The notes beneath the pieces were generated by a model, which saw nothing but the letters and a program-made list of their open reading frames with translations, was not told the DNA's origin and did not search any database. This document shows positions 1 through 11,164 of a DNA stretch of 64,000 nt, one piece after another (within the stretch, counting starts at the first letter, position 1; each line of letters opens with the position of its first letter). The stretch comes from an uncultured Bacteroidales bacterium (GTDB lineage: Bacteria; Bacteroidota; Bacteroidia; Bacteroidales; UBA932). Made by a program: the position numbers and the translations under genes. The stretch covers positions 18,444-82,443 of the forward strand of contig CALUUA010000002.1 of the NCBI GenBank assembly GCA_944323845.1, read 5' to 3'.

Positions 1-581
1 CGCGACACCACCTCCTCGACATACATGCGCATGAGGTCGAATCTCTCCGGCATCGCCTTCTCGTTCTCGTCTATGACGGCCGGGTCTCCCTTGAAATCGA
101 GGTTATGGATGCCCGGCACAGGGTCCAGCTGCTTGCCGACCTGGCAACGGTCCACCCGGTCCCCGGCTCCGGAGAAGAAACAGAACATTACCTTTATGCC
201 GTGCTTGTCGGCAATGGAGAGGAAGTCGTCCACATTGCGGAAGAACGAATCATGCTCGTACTCCCAGACCGCGCTGTGGAGGAAGACCCTGACAGTGTTG
301 AAACCGAGGCCGGCAGCCCATCCGAGCTCCCGGTCGATGGTTTCATGGTCGTAGGTCGAGGACTGCCACATCTCTATCTGGTTTATGGCTGTGCTCGGGA
401 AGAAGTTGCATCCCACAATCCACGGCTGGCTGTCGTACCACGCGTGGGCCTTTTCCACAGACCATGGCTGGAGAGGCGCGTCCGGAAGTTCCGTAAAGCG
501 GATGTCGCCTTCGTACTTGGTGCATGCCGCCGCTACTGCCAACAGTGCCGTTATCGTTATCGATAAAATGTTTCTCTGCAT
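1..581 (-). CDS. Glycoside hydrolase family 5-like lipoprotein (GH5_13-like), runs off window start (partial)
   Basis: Not in the ORF track. Manual translation from ATG at 581: MQRNILSITITALLAVAAAC-TKYEGD...WSVEKAHAWYDSQPWIVGCNFFPSTAINQIEMWQSSTYDHETIDRELGWAAGLGFNTVRVFLH...GKQLDPVPGIHN. Lipobox present; frame open to position 1. Confidence 0.8.
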   Translation of the reverse strand, partial: MQRNILSITITALLAVAAACTKYEGDIRFTELPDAPLQPWSVEKAHAWYDSQPWIVGCNFFPSTAINQIEMWQSSTYDHETIDRELGWAAGLGFNTVRVFLHSAVWEYEHDSFFRNVDDFLSIADKHGIKVMFCFFSGAGDRVDRCQVGKQLDPVPGIHNLDFKGDPAVIDENEKAMPERFDLMRMYVEEVVS

Positions 582-614
582 AAATATTCGCTTGTTGAGA
601 CTGCTTCGAGTCCG

Positions 615-2372
615 TTATTCCGCAGCCTTGAGGGTGAGGGAAATCTTGCGGATTTGCTTATGGTCGTCAGAACCATCTTCTCCAATATAGAACGTATAAT
701 CATCTCCGAGAGCAAGACCTTTCGGATTATCGAGCTGGATTTGGGACATATCGGTTACTGCAGCATCTGTAATATCGGCACAGCCTGCCTGACCAGTTCC
801 TGCAACAGTAGTGGTAGTCCATGTCCCGTTTTCATACGTAACCTTACGTAAAGCATGGTTATGCTGGTCTACGAAATAAAGGATCTCGCCGGTAGAATTG
901 AAACACATCTGCCGAGGGCCGTTCAAGCGTGAAGTGCCGACAGCTCCGTCTTCAAAACCTATCTCGTTTGTCGCCTTGCTTCCTGCCACGAGTTCACCTT
1001 CCGAAGCCAGGCTATGGGTTACAGGATCATATGGATATCTGATAATAAATGCATGAGGTTGCTCTGCTCCGCCCCCTCCTGTTGATGACATGTCGCATCC
1101 TCGGGCAACATACAGCCACTTACCGTCAGGAGAGAACAACAGACGCGCCTGGTTATGAGCCCAAAGTGCAGGGATTTCATTAAGTTGTGTCATCGTTCCA
1201 TCTACACGATCAAGAATATAGAAATAAGATTCCATCCTAAACGCATCCCAGGTGTATTTTGTAAGTACGATATGCCCATCTACCGGATTCACTGCCACAT
1301 CCATAAAGTCATTCACTTTGTCCTGATATCCTGCCGCTTTCCCGAAATAGTCATTGCCTTCTCTGGATGCCATCCACAGAAGGTTGCAGGTCCTGTCCAT
1401 GCCTTCTTTTACAGTATTGTACAAATTATCTCCCTGGATACATACCGAACAACTTTCCGGGAATGCCCACGGGTTACCCTCATTAGGAGAACGGTACCAT
1501 GAAACATTGTCATTCGATATAAGCCGGATGCCATTTGTCGATTCTCCCACATATAAAGACTTCGTACGGGAATCATACGCAAGACTGTATGGAGCCTGAT
1601 AAGAAGCCGTTGAGCGCGGTCCGTTTACAATTCCTTTTGCACCTCCTGACCACACTTCCGATGTCACCACATATTCTTTCTTCAGCACGTTGAAATCGGA
1701 GAACGTTTTTGTTGCAGTCTGGCTTCCGCCGGTGCCGTATTTCACATCGACCTTCAGCTCGTATAGACCGAAGGCTGTCTCTTCCGGAACCAGAACCACA
1801 ATAGCTCCCGGTGCGACAGACTTCACTTCGAGGGCTTCACCGCCCAGAGTCACCGTCACGAGCGCCGGGTCGGACCCCAAATCAGTGCCTTCTATAGTGA
1901 GTTCTCCTCCCGGATAGATTCCGGCAGCCGGCTTGTAGCCCGTGATTTCAGGCACACGCGCGCGGATTTCGAAATCCACCTCGAACGTATGGGAAGCCTT
2001 CTGCTCCACACCCTCGCTGTCGGTATAGACGACTGTCACCGAAAGAGGGTACTGGCCAGCCTCCATAGTCTCCGGGACAGTGAACTTTATGACAGACCTG
2101 CCTGCCTCGGTGACGGTCATTTCTTTCTCGCCGAGCATTACGGTAATCCTGGAAGCATCGGTACCGAAGTTCTTCCCCATTATCATGGCATCGGTCTCGA
2201 CACCGATTTCGGCATATTCAGGAGTGTAGGACACGAATTCCGGAATCGCCTCCTCTCCATCTTTCGTAGAATCGTCTTCTATTTCGTCTTTCGTACATGC
2301 CGTGAACGAAAGGGTTGCAGCCATGATGAACATCGCCACATGGCCGAATCTGAATTTTGTCAATTTTTTCAT
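615..2372 (-). CDS. Surface lipoprotein with two IPT/TIG domains and C-terminal NHL-repeat beta-propeller
   Basis: Lipobox FTAC followed by acidic TKDEIEDD; TIG-like motifs (GKNFGTDASRITVMLG, GTDLGSDPALVTVTLGG); NHL-like repeats (LNGPRQMCF...YFVDQHNHALRKV, LDNPKGLAL...YIGED). Confidence 0.8.
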   Translation of the reverse strand: MKKLTKFRFGHVAMFIMAATLSFTACTKDEIEDDSTKDGEEAIPEFVSYTPEYAEIGVETDAMIMGKNFGTDASRITVMLGEKEMTVTEAGRSVIKFTVPETMEAGQYPLSVTVVYTDSEGVEQKASHTFEVDFEIRARVPEITGYKPAAGIYPGGELTIEGTDLGSDPALVTVTLGGEALEVKSVAPGAIVVLVPEETAFGLYELKVDVKYGTGGSQTATKTFSDFNVLKKEYVVTSEVWSGGAKGIVNGPRSTASYQAPYSLAYDSRTKSLYVGESTNGIRLISNDNVSWYRSPNEGNPWAFPESCSVCIQGDNLYNTVKEGMDRTCNLLWMASREGNDYFGKAAGYQDKVNDFMDVAVNPVDGHIVLTKYTWDAFRMESYFYILDRVDGTMTQLNEIPALWAHNQARLLFSPDGKWLYVARGCDMSSTGGGGAEQPHAFIIRYPYDPVTHSLASEGELVAGSKATNEIGFEDGAVGTSRLNGPRQMCFNSTGEILYFVDQHNHALRKVTYENGTWTTTTVAGTGQAGCADITDAAVTDMSQIQLDNPKGLALGDDYTFYIGEDGSDDHKQIRKISLTLKAAE

Positions 2373-2395
2373 GTCGTGTTATTTTTTATGGTAGA

Positions 2396-3796
2396 TTATT
2401 CGTTGCCTATGACAATCCTGCGTATGTCGGCGAATCCTTCCTCCGCCACATACAGGTTGCCCCTGGAATCCATGCAGATGCCGTTCGGTTTCGAGAACAC
2501 GGCATCTTCCGGACGCCCGTTGGCAAAGGCTGTCGGATTGTTGCCGTCGGTGCTCGGGTAAGGAATGCCGGCGAATGTGGTTACCACACCGTCAGGGGTT
2601 ATCTTCCTGACACAATGGTTCCAGCTGTCGGCGACATAGAGATTCCCCTCGTCGTCGCAGCAGCCGTATTCAGGAACGTTGAACCGCGCATCCCTGCCTG
2701 TACCGTCAGCATAGTCGCCGGTGTCGCTGTTCCGCCCGGCAAATTCATGGATTTCTCCCGAAAGCTGTCCGGTCTGAGGGTCATAGTCGTATGCCGATAT
2801 GCAATGCCGGCCCTTGTGGATGACGTAGAGACGGGTCCCGTCTTTGGAGAACACCGGGCGCGACTGGCATTCGAATCCGAGCGGAGTATAGCCGGAGACC
2901 TCCGACAAGGTGTGAGTGTCGGGGTTGTAACGGAATATCCCCGTGGAGCCGTTGCTGTTCCTGCAGATGATAATGCTGCCGTCCACCGGATTCACGGTCA
3001 TACCTTCGCAGTCCGGCTGGACATCCTGCGAGTCTGGATACCACAGCTTGTACCCGTCACTTTGCAAGGCATAGCCGAGATATGCGCCCGTAGACTTGTC
3101 GCGTCTCACGAGAATCCAGAGCCGCGAGTAGTCAACAGAAAATGCTACCGCCCTGAACTCATAGTTCCATGGGTCTGTAGCGATGTTCCCCTGATTCTGG
3201 TCCGGTGTGCCGCCTCCGTACATCGGGATGAGCCACGAGGTCTCCCCATCTTTGAGAAGGCGTATCCCGCGGGCCCACTCCGCCAGATAGAAATTGTCGT
3301 CAGCATCGCATACGAGCTGGCTCGGGGCATAGAAACATGATGTAAGATACGGGCCGAAATAGTGTTGGCCGGTGAGGCCGGACTGGCCGGCGAAAGTCGA
3401 TACGTTTGACTCTACAGTATATGTGAACAGAGTCTCGAAAGTGGTTTCATATAGTTTGCCATACCCCCCCCCGGTACTTCTGCGGATGCCTACCCGGATT
3501 TCCCCGGAGCCGCAGTCCTCGGGAACGATTACTGTTATGGCATTGTCCGTCACTGACGCTATCTGCACAGGAGTGGAATTGATGAGGACAGTGACTCTGG
3601 AAGGGTCGGAGCCGAAATATTCTCCGGAAATCGTGATTTCATCTCCGGCCTTGGCCTGGACCGGAGAGAAGGATACGAATACGGGAGGCTCTGAAGGCTC
3701 TCCGTCAGGAGCTGCCGTTTCATCCTCCGTGCATGCTGCGGCAAGAGCCAGAGTGCATATCATGGCCAACCGGTAAAATTTTGTAAAAGGACTCAT
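2396..3796 (-). CDS. Surface lipoprotein with IPT/TIG domain and NHL repeats
   Basis: Lipobox LAAAC-TEDE; TIG motif (FSPVQAKAGDEITISGEYFG); NHL repeats (ARFNVPEYGCCDDEGNLYVADSWNHCVRKITPDGVVTTFAG, FSKPNGICMDSRGNLYVAE). Confidence 0.85.
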   Translation of the reverse strand: MSPFTKFYRLAMICTLALAAACTEDETAAPDGEPSEPPVFVSFSPVQAKAGDEITISGEYFGSDPSRVTVLINSTPVQIASVTDNAITVIVPEDCGSGEIRVGIRRSTGGGYGKLYETTFETLFTYTVESNVSTFAGQSGLTGQHYFGPYLTSCFYAPSQLVCDADDNFYLAEWARGIRLLKDGETSWLIPMYGGGTPDQNQGNIATDPWNYEFRAVAFSVDYSRLWILVRRDKSTGAYLGYALQSDGYKLWYPDSQDVQPDCEGMTVNPVDGSIIICRNSNGSTGIFRYNPDTHTLSEVSGYTPLGFECQSRPVFSKDGTRLYVIHKGRHCISAYDYDPQTGQLSGEIHEFAGRNSDTGDYADGTGRDARFNVPEYGCCDDEGNLYVADSWNHCVRKITPDGVVTTFAGIPYPSTDGNNPTAFANGRPEDAVFSKPNGICMDSRGNLYVAEEGFADIRRIVIGNE

Positions 3797-3827
3797 ATCT
3801 GAAACTTTTTCATGTCAGGAAAATTCA

Positions 3828-5057
3828 TCATTTCGCGTAGAGCAGGATTCCGGGGATGTCGAACAACCTCTTGGCCATGGCATAGTGGCCGTCCTCGTTC
3901 GGATGGATGAGGTCTTCGGTGAAAAGTTCCCGGTCCTGGCTGGAAGAATCGTCTCCGCTTGCCGTGGCGAGGTCGAAGCGGCAGCTTGCCACGCCTTTCT
4001 CTTCACACACGGAGGCTATCACCTCGTTCACCTCGGCACTGCTGCCGTCATCCTTCAACGGGATACGGTTGAGAATCGGCACAGCCCCGTAACTGCGCAC
4101 AAGGTCGACCAGTGCGACGAGCTTGTCCCTGGTGTTGCCGCCGTCGGTGCCTGTTGTCAGCATGACGAATTTCGGCCTGATGACAGGAAGTTCATTGGAA
4201 AGCCTGTCCATCAGCCCGTCTATGGTGGAGCCGCTCTGCCCGGAATACACGACACGGCCGTTGAGCCATGACGCCATCACATGTCCGAACCTTGCGGTTT
4301 CGCTGACGAAATCGCCTTCGGTGACAGAATCTCCGGCAATGTACATCAGCGGCTCAGGTGCCACGGTCGCGGCTATCTCCACACTCTTTATGAAAGGGGA
4401 CTTGCCCGAAAGGCGGCGCAATCCGAATACATTGTTCTGGCGGCCTCCCTTGAACTCGTTCTGCTCCACTGTATTGCCTCCGGATGTGGAACCAGTTTCC
4501 GAAGACACGGACACCGACGCCGTCTCCCCCGTAGTTTCATCGGTAATGGTGAAAGTATTGCTGCGGAATGATTTCACGGCCTCAAGGACATAGACATGGC
4601 CGTTTTCCACGGTGAAATACACGGAAGCCTCCACTTCCTCCTCGTTCCCGAACCTGTGTATGTTCAGTGTGCCTTCCGCGGCATCGACTGTGAAAAGCGA
4701 ACCGCCCTTGCCGTCCCGGCCGAGCCAGTGCATCCCGAATCTCGTGTCGGAGAAAAGCGACAGCCTGACCCGTGTGACCCGCTCCTCGAAAGTGATGCGG
4801 CGCGCCATGTCAAGATACAGGGCCGCATCCGAGGTGCCGTCGAATGCAAGACCGCGGGATTCGCAGTGCCATCTGCCCGTATTATCCATGCCGGAAAAGT
4901 CGGCCAGAGCCTTTTCGCCGTCCGCCAGGAAATCATATTCGAGCAGCGTCAATTCGCTGACAACGGTCTTTTCCGGCTCGTATGGCTGGAAATCGTACTC
5001 TTCAGCACAAGAGAGCATACCCAGCAAAGGGAAAAACAACGTCAGAATCTTTTTCAT
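3828..5057 (-). CDS. Lipoprotein with C-terminal SGNH/GDSL hydrolase (esterase) domain
   Basis: Lipobox MLSC-AEE; SGNH block I GDSVTEG and block V DLIHPNEDGH. Confidence 0.8.
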   Translation of the reverse strand: MKKILTLFFPLLGMLSCAEEYDFQPYEPEKTVVSELTLLEYDFLADGEKALADFSGMDNTGRWHCESRGLAFDGTSDAALYLDMARRITFEERVTRVRLSLFSDTRFGMHWLGRDGKGGSLFTVDAAEGTLNIHRFGNEEEVEASVYFTVENGHVYVLEAVKSFRSNTFTITDETTGETASVSVSSETGSTSGGNTVEQNEFKGGRQNNVFGLRRLSGKSPFIKSVEIAATVAPEPLMYIAGDSVTEGDFVSETARFGHVMASWLNGRVVYSGQSGSTIDGLMDRLSNELPVIRPKFVMLTTGTDGGNTRDKLVALVDLVRSYGAVPILNRIPLKDDGSSAEVNEVIASVCEEKGVASCRFDLATASGDDSSSQDRELFTEDLIHPNEDGHYAMAKRLFDIPGILLYAK

Positions 5058-5190
5058 AAATTATCAGTAATTAGTGTTATCAAGACTCGCGGCACACAAT
5101 CCCGCCGGAGCATGTTTCCTCAAAATCCTTATTAAGACATCTCTGAAACGAAAAAACACATGGTATCATGTTTTTTACTATTTTTATTGT

Positions 5191-5215
5191 GGAAAACCGG
5201 ACGTTGGGTGTCTTA
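5191..5215 (+). promoter_or_regulatory. Putative ECF-sigma promoter (GGWAAA-N12-TGTCTT) upstream of the GDPD gene
   Basis: ggaaaa-ccggacgttggg-tgtctt; same motif and spacing at 8219-8242; an inverted TGTCTTA box at 5133-5139 faces the divergent operon. Confidence 0.4.
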
Positions 5216-5257
5216 TATTGACATGATTGATTACCACTGACCAATAACCCAACGTTT

Positions 5258-7615
5258 ATGAAAAGAACTCGCCTTATGCTGATGTCTATCGTGGCCTTTG
5301 CGGCAGCATTGATGAATGTGGCCTGCGTGGAGGAGAATGTCGGAACCCTGTCATTCTCCCTCGGCACACCGGATGACGGGACGGACCCTGCTGCCGTCGA
5401 AATTTCTTCAGGGAATTATTCCAGGATATTCACAATCTCCACAGATGCAGAATGGAGCATAGAGAAGCAGGATGATGCCGGATGGCTTTCCATACGTCCG
5501 GAGAGCGGAGAAGGAGATGCTTCCGTCTATTTCTCGGCTGCAGCGAACAAGTCACCGCAGGTGCGGGCGACTGAAATTGTCTTCTATTGCGGAGACAGGG
5601 AAATGCACCGGCTCAAGTTCAGTCAGGCAGCCGACACGCCATATCTCACAGTCACGGCATCTGCAAACTCTATCCCAGCGGACGGAGGGGAGATAACCCT
5701 TACGGTTGACACCAACGCGGAGAAGTGGGAATATGAAATAAAAGCCGACGGAAACTGGCTCGGTGAAAAGTCGAAAGAAGTCTCGGGACTGACTCTTGCC
5801 GCCGACAGGAATCCCGGTTTCACCGCGCGGTCCGCAACAGTCACGTTCACGGCAGTCGGATTCTCCGGCCTCAAGGAGGAGATAACAATCACACAGAACG
5901 GGGTCACCGCAGATTTGCTGGACATCGTGTTCAACAATGACGGCTCTGCCACGGATGCATCACCGATGCATAACGAGGTGGAATATGTTCCGGGAGCCTC
6001 ACTGATGACATACTGGAATGACAGTTACGGGCGTTACGCCGCAAGATTCAACAACGCTCCGGGAGACAACCCTTCCTCCGGATACTACAAGGTGGCCTAC
6101 GGAGACAATCCGGACTTCCGTGAAGCCCTCGCGGACGGTCATTCGCTCGAGGTGCTCGTGATGTACGATGCTGATGCCGACGGGGCGAAGGAAATAAAAC
6201 CGTTCAGTTCAATGCAGTCCGGAGGTACAGGATTCCTGATAACGAAGGCGGACCGCGGTACGGAACTCACATTCCTGCCGAACCTGACATCAGGCGGCTG
6301 GCAATGGACAAGGAGCGGGGTAACACCTGAACGCGGAAAATACTACCACCTTGTAGGGGTATGGGACAAGACTGCCGGGAAGTCCCGCATATACGTCAAC
6401 GGAGAGCAGAAAGCCGAGGTGAACACTTCAGGAGACTTCGTCTTCCCGAATAACGCAAACTGCCTCTGGTTCGGAATAGGATGCGATGCAGGAGACAACA
6501 AGGCCGAAGCCGGCTGGAAAGGGGATATCGTGCTCGCAAGGATATACGACGACCCTCTCCAGTCAAGTTCTGTCGCCGCACTCTGGGACGAAGTCAGGGA
6601 CATGGAGCCGCAAGGCAGCGTCATAGAGCTCTCGGACATTTTCTTCCTGCCTTCAGCAGGAGTGACGGCCGGCTCGCAGTACAGGATTGCGGGTGAAGGT
6701 TTCGAAAACGGAGACATGATAAGGCTCGAATCGACAGCGGATGCCAGTGTCGTCCACGACTGTGAGACAACCGTGTCGGATGGGGCAGTCAGCTTCACGA
6801 TACCTTCCGGTTTCGTGTCGGGGACATACAGGATGGTGCTGCTTCGCGGAGAGGCCCACTGCCCTGTAGGGCTTGTGGAACTGACGCTTTCAGACGTCCC
6901 TACCCTGCAGAATCTGCCTGAGGTGGTCGCCCACCGGGGCTTCCATACCACCAACGGGGCCGCAGAGAACTCGCTGGCTTCACTCGAAGCCGCCATAGCC
7001 CTTGGAGTCTACGGTTCCGAAGCGGATTTCTACATAACGGCGGACGGAGTAGTGGTCTCGAACCATGACCCGGACATAAACGGCATAGTCATAGAGAACT
7101 CGAGATACGATGACATAAAGGACATAACCCTGTCCAACGGAGAAAATGTGGCGACTCTCGACATCTACCTCGACGAGATTTCCGAGGCCGGGACGAAACT
7201 CGTCATCGAAATCAAGCCTCACAGCAGCACGGAAAACAACAACAGGGTCGTGGACGCCATAGTCGAGAAGCTTGAGGAAAGAGGCATGACGGACAGGGCC
7301 GACTTCATCTCGTTCGACTACGGGGTCTGCCAGCGGCTTGCCTCCGAAGTCCCGGGAGCCCTCGTCGGCTACCTCAACGGAGACAAGGACCCGTGGTCCG
7401 TAGCTTCTGACATAAAATGCATAGACTATCAGATGAATGTGCTGAGATCGCATCCGGGGTGGGTGCGCGATGCCCACAACAGGGGCATGAAAGTGAATGT
7501 CTGGACAGTGAACTCCACCGCCGACATGATGGAATTCATATCCATGGGTGTGGATTTCATAACCACGGACCATCCGGATGTGCTGAAAGACATCATCGGG
7601 AAGCTGTCCGAATAG
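5258..7615 (+). CDS. Lipoprotein: 2x BACON + LamG/concanavalin-like + Ig-like + glycerophosphodiester phosphodiesterase (GDPD)
   Basis: Lipobox NVAC-VEE; BACON-like W motifs (AEWSIEK...GWLSIRPESG); LamG-like YHLVGVWD...RIYVNG; GDPD motifs VVAHRG, AAENSL, EADFYITADG...HD, LVIEIK, VDFITTD. Confidence 0.85.
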   Translation: MKRTRLMLMSIVAFAAALMNVACVEENVGTLSFSLGTPDDGTDPAAVEISSGNYSRIFTISTDAEWSIEKQDDAGWLSIRPESGEGDASVYFSAAANKSPQVRATEIVFYCGDREMHRLKFSQAADTPYLTVTASANSIPADGGEITLTVDTNAEKWEYEIKADGNWLGEKSKEVSGLTLAADRNPGFTARSATVTFTAVGFSGLKEEITITQNGVTADLLDIVFNNDGSATDASPMHNEVEYVPGASLMTYWNDSYGRYAARFNNAPGDNPSSGYYKVAYGDNPDFREALADGHSLEVLVMYDADADGAKEIKPFSSMQSGGTGFLITKADRGTELTFLPNLTSGGWQWTRSGVTPERGKYYHLVGVWDKTAGKSRIYVNGEQKAEVNTSGDFVFPNNANCLWFGIGCDAGDNKAEAGWKGDIVLARIYDDPLQSSSVAALWDEVRDMEPQGSVIELSDIFFLPSAGVTAGSQYRIAGEGFENGDMIRLESTADASVVHDCETTVSDGAVSFTIPSGFVSGTYRMVLLRGEAHCPVGLVELTLSDVPTLQNLPEVVAHRGFHTTNGAAENSLASLEAAIALGVYGSEADFYITADGVVVSNHDPDINGIVIENSRYDDIKDITLSNGENVATLDIYLDEISEAGTKLVIEIKPHSSTENNNRVVDAIVEKLEERGMTDRADFISFDYGVCQRLASEVPGALVGYLNGDKDPWSVASDIKCIDYQMNVLRSHPGWVRDAHNRGMKVNVWTVNSTADMMEFISMGVDFITTDHPDVLKDIIGKLSE

Positions 7616-7656
7616 ACATGCCCGCCCATGCATCCTGCCACAACTTTGACTTCTGA

Positions 7657-8223
7657 ATGAAAGAAGATATCACGCTTGACCAGCTGAAGCAAGGTGACCA
7701 TAAGGTTTTCTCCCGGTTGTTCATATTGTACTACCGGGACCTTGTGCTGTTTGCCGGACGCTATCTCCCGGAACAGGAGGCGTGTGAAGACATAGTGCAG
7801 GACATATTCCTGAAAATCTGGCATCTGCGCCGGAGTCTGGACATAAACGTGTCCCTGAGGGCCTACCTTATAGGGGCGGTGCGCAACAGATGCCTGAACG
7901 AACTCAAGCACAGGCGTCTGACGTCCATGACTACCGTCGAGTCGCTGACATGGATGCCGGCCCGTGTGGAGGAGGAAGCCGTGCTCTACTCGGAACTCTC
8001 GGAAAGATTCGCGAAGGCCCTGCGGAAACTGCCGGACCCGTGCCGGGAAGCTTTCGAGATGAACAGATTCCGCCGGATGAAATATCAGGAGATAGCCGAC
8101 ATGCTCGGAATCTCCAAACGGACGGTTGAAGTACGCATCGGCAAGGCCCTGTCTTTGCTGCGTACCGAGTTGAAGGATTTTTTGCTGCTTGCAATGATAT
8201 TTTCAGGAATATCGCTGTGGTAA
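7657..8223 (+). CDS. ECF RNA polymerase sigma-70 factor (Bacteroides expansion family)
   Basis: Region 2 CEDIVQDIFLKIW...YLIGAVRNRCLN; region 4 MKYQEIADMLGISKRTVEVRIGKAL; directly upstream of FecR. Confidence 0.92.
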   Translation: MKEDITLDQLKQGDHKVFSRLFILYYRDLVLFAGRYLPEQEACEDIVQDIFLKIWHLRRSLDINVSLRAYLIGAVRNRCLNELKHRRLTSMTTVESLTWMPARVEEEAVLYSELSERFAKALRKLPDPCREAFEMNRFRRMKYQEIADMLGISKRTVEVRIGKALSLLRTELKDFLLLAMIFSGISLW

Positions 8224-8249
8224 AATTCTTGACAGATGTCTTCATCTGT
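8219..8249 (+). promoter_or_regulatory. Putative ECF-sigma promoter upstream of fecR, overlapping a 7-bp hairpin
   Basis: ggtaaa-attcttgacaga-tgtctt; perfect inverted repeat acagatg-tctt-catctgt at 8232-8249. Confidence 0.4.
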
Positions 8250-8273
8250 AGATGATACGAAAACGAATTTGAA

Positions 8274-9299
8274 ATGGAAGAGATTGACGAACGCATTTCC
8301 GCAATCATCGCGAAATATCTTGCCGGAGAGGCTTCCCCGGAAGAGACTGGGGTGCTGACAAAATGGCTCGAAGAAGACGCCGGACATGCCCGTATCTTCG
8401 CCAGGATGGCTGATATGGACTATACCGCCAGACCACCTTTCCCGCCTGAAGGCATTCCGGTGGAGAAAGCCCTCCTGAAGACGATGCACGCGCTCAGGAA
8501 AGAAGAGAGAGGCATCCGCAGAAGACGCTTCTTCCATGGGGCGGAAAGGGTCGCCGCCGTATTGTTCCTGCCTTTGCTGCTGGCCGTCGCATATCTCATC
8601 GCCGAGAAAGGCAAGGAGACAGAGGCCGTCGCATGGCAGACCGTCACCACTCCGTTCAGGACGAACACCCTGCTTGAACTGCCGGACGGTTCGAAAGTGT
8701 GGCTCAACGGCGGAGGCACTCTGGAATATCCCCTGACATTCGGGAAATCCGGAAGGGACATCTACCTTTCCGGAGAGGCTTATTTCGATGTCGAATCCGA
8801 CAAGAGGAATCCGTTTTCCGTGCACACCGGGGATGTCACCGTCACAGCCACAGGCACCGAATTCAATGTCAATGCGTTCCCGAATGACAACACCATATCC
8901 GTCACCATGGTGGACGGAATCGTGGATATCGACATGAAAGGCGTGAAAAGACGCATAGCCCCCGGGGAGAATGTCAGCTTCGACAGCCGCGCCAACACCT
9001 GCACTGTCGAGAAAACAGACCCGGAAAAGATATGCGCATGGCGCAACGGCAGGATAATTTTCGACAACGACAATCTCGGCTCGGTGTTCCACCGTCTCGG
9101 GCAGATATACAACGTGGAATTTTCGGTCTGCGACCCGGCTGTCGACAAATATGTCTATCATGCCGTATTCACTGACGAGACGCTGCCGGAGATTCTGGAT
9201 ATGCTCAGCATAAGCGCGCCCATAAGATACGAAATAATAAAGAACAGCTCTCCCGACCCGGATGCCCCGAAACAGTTCATCCGCGTCTACGGGAAATAA
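8274..9299 (+). CDS. FecR-family anti-sigma factor
   Basis: N-terminal IIAKYLAGEASPEE...WL, a TM segment, LPDGSKVWLN, LSGEAYFDV, GTEFNV and AWRNG motifs typical of Bacteroidota FecR. Confidence 0.92.
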   Translation: MEEIDERISAIIAKYLAGEASPEETGVLTKWLEEDAGHARIFARMADMDYTARPPFPPEGIPVEKALLKTMHALRKEERGIRRRRFFHGAERVAAVLFLPLLLAVAYLIAEKGKETEAVAWQTVTTPFRTNTLLELPDGSKVWLNGGGTLEYPLTFGKSGRDIYLSGEAYFDVESDKRNPFSVHTGDVTVTATGTEFNVNAFPNDNTISVTMVDGIVDIDMKGVKRRIAPGENVSFDSRANTCTVEKTDPEKICAWRNGRIIFDNDNLGSVFHRLGQIYNVEFSVCDPAVDKYVYHAVFTDETLPEILDMLSISAPIRYEIIKNSSPDPDAPKQFIRVYGK

Positions 9300-9311
9300 A
9301 AACCGAAACAG

Positions 9312-11132
<1,821 letters not shown>

Positions 11133-11164
11133 TTCAGCAGCAGAAAAAACTAACATTTGAAATA

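Noticed and set aside
25-690. Plus-strand ORFs 25..354, 105..566, 385..690
   Set aside because: Shadows of the minus-strand GH5-like gene (1..581), which has a lipobox and family motifs.
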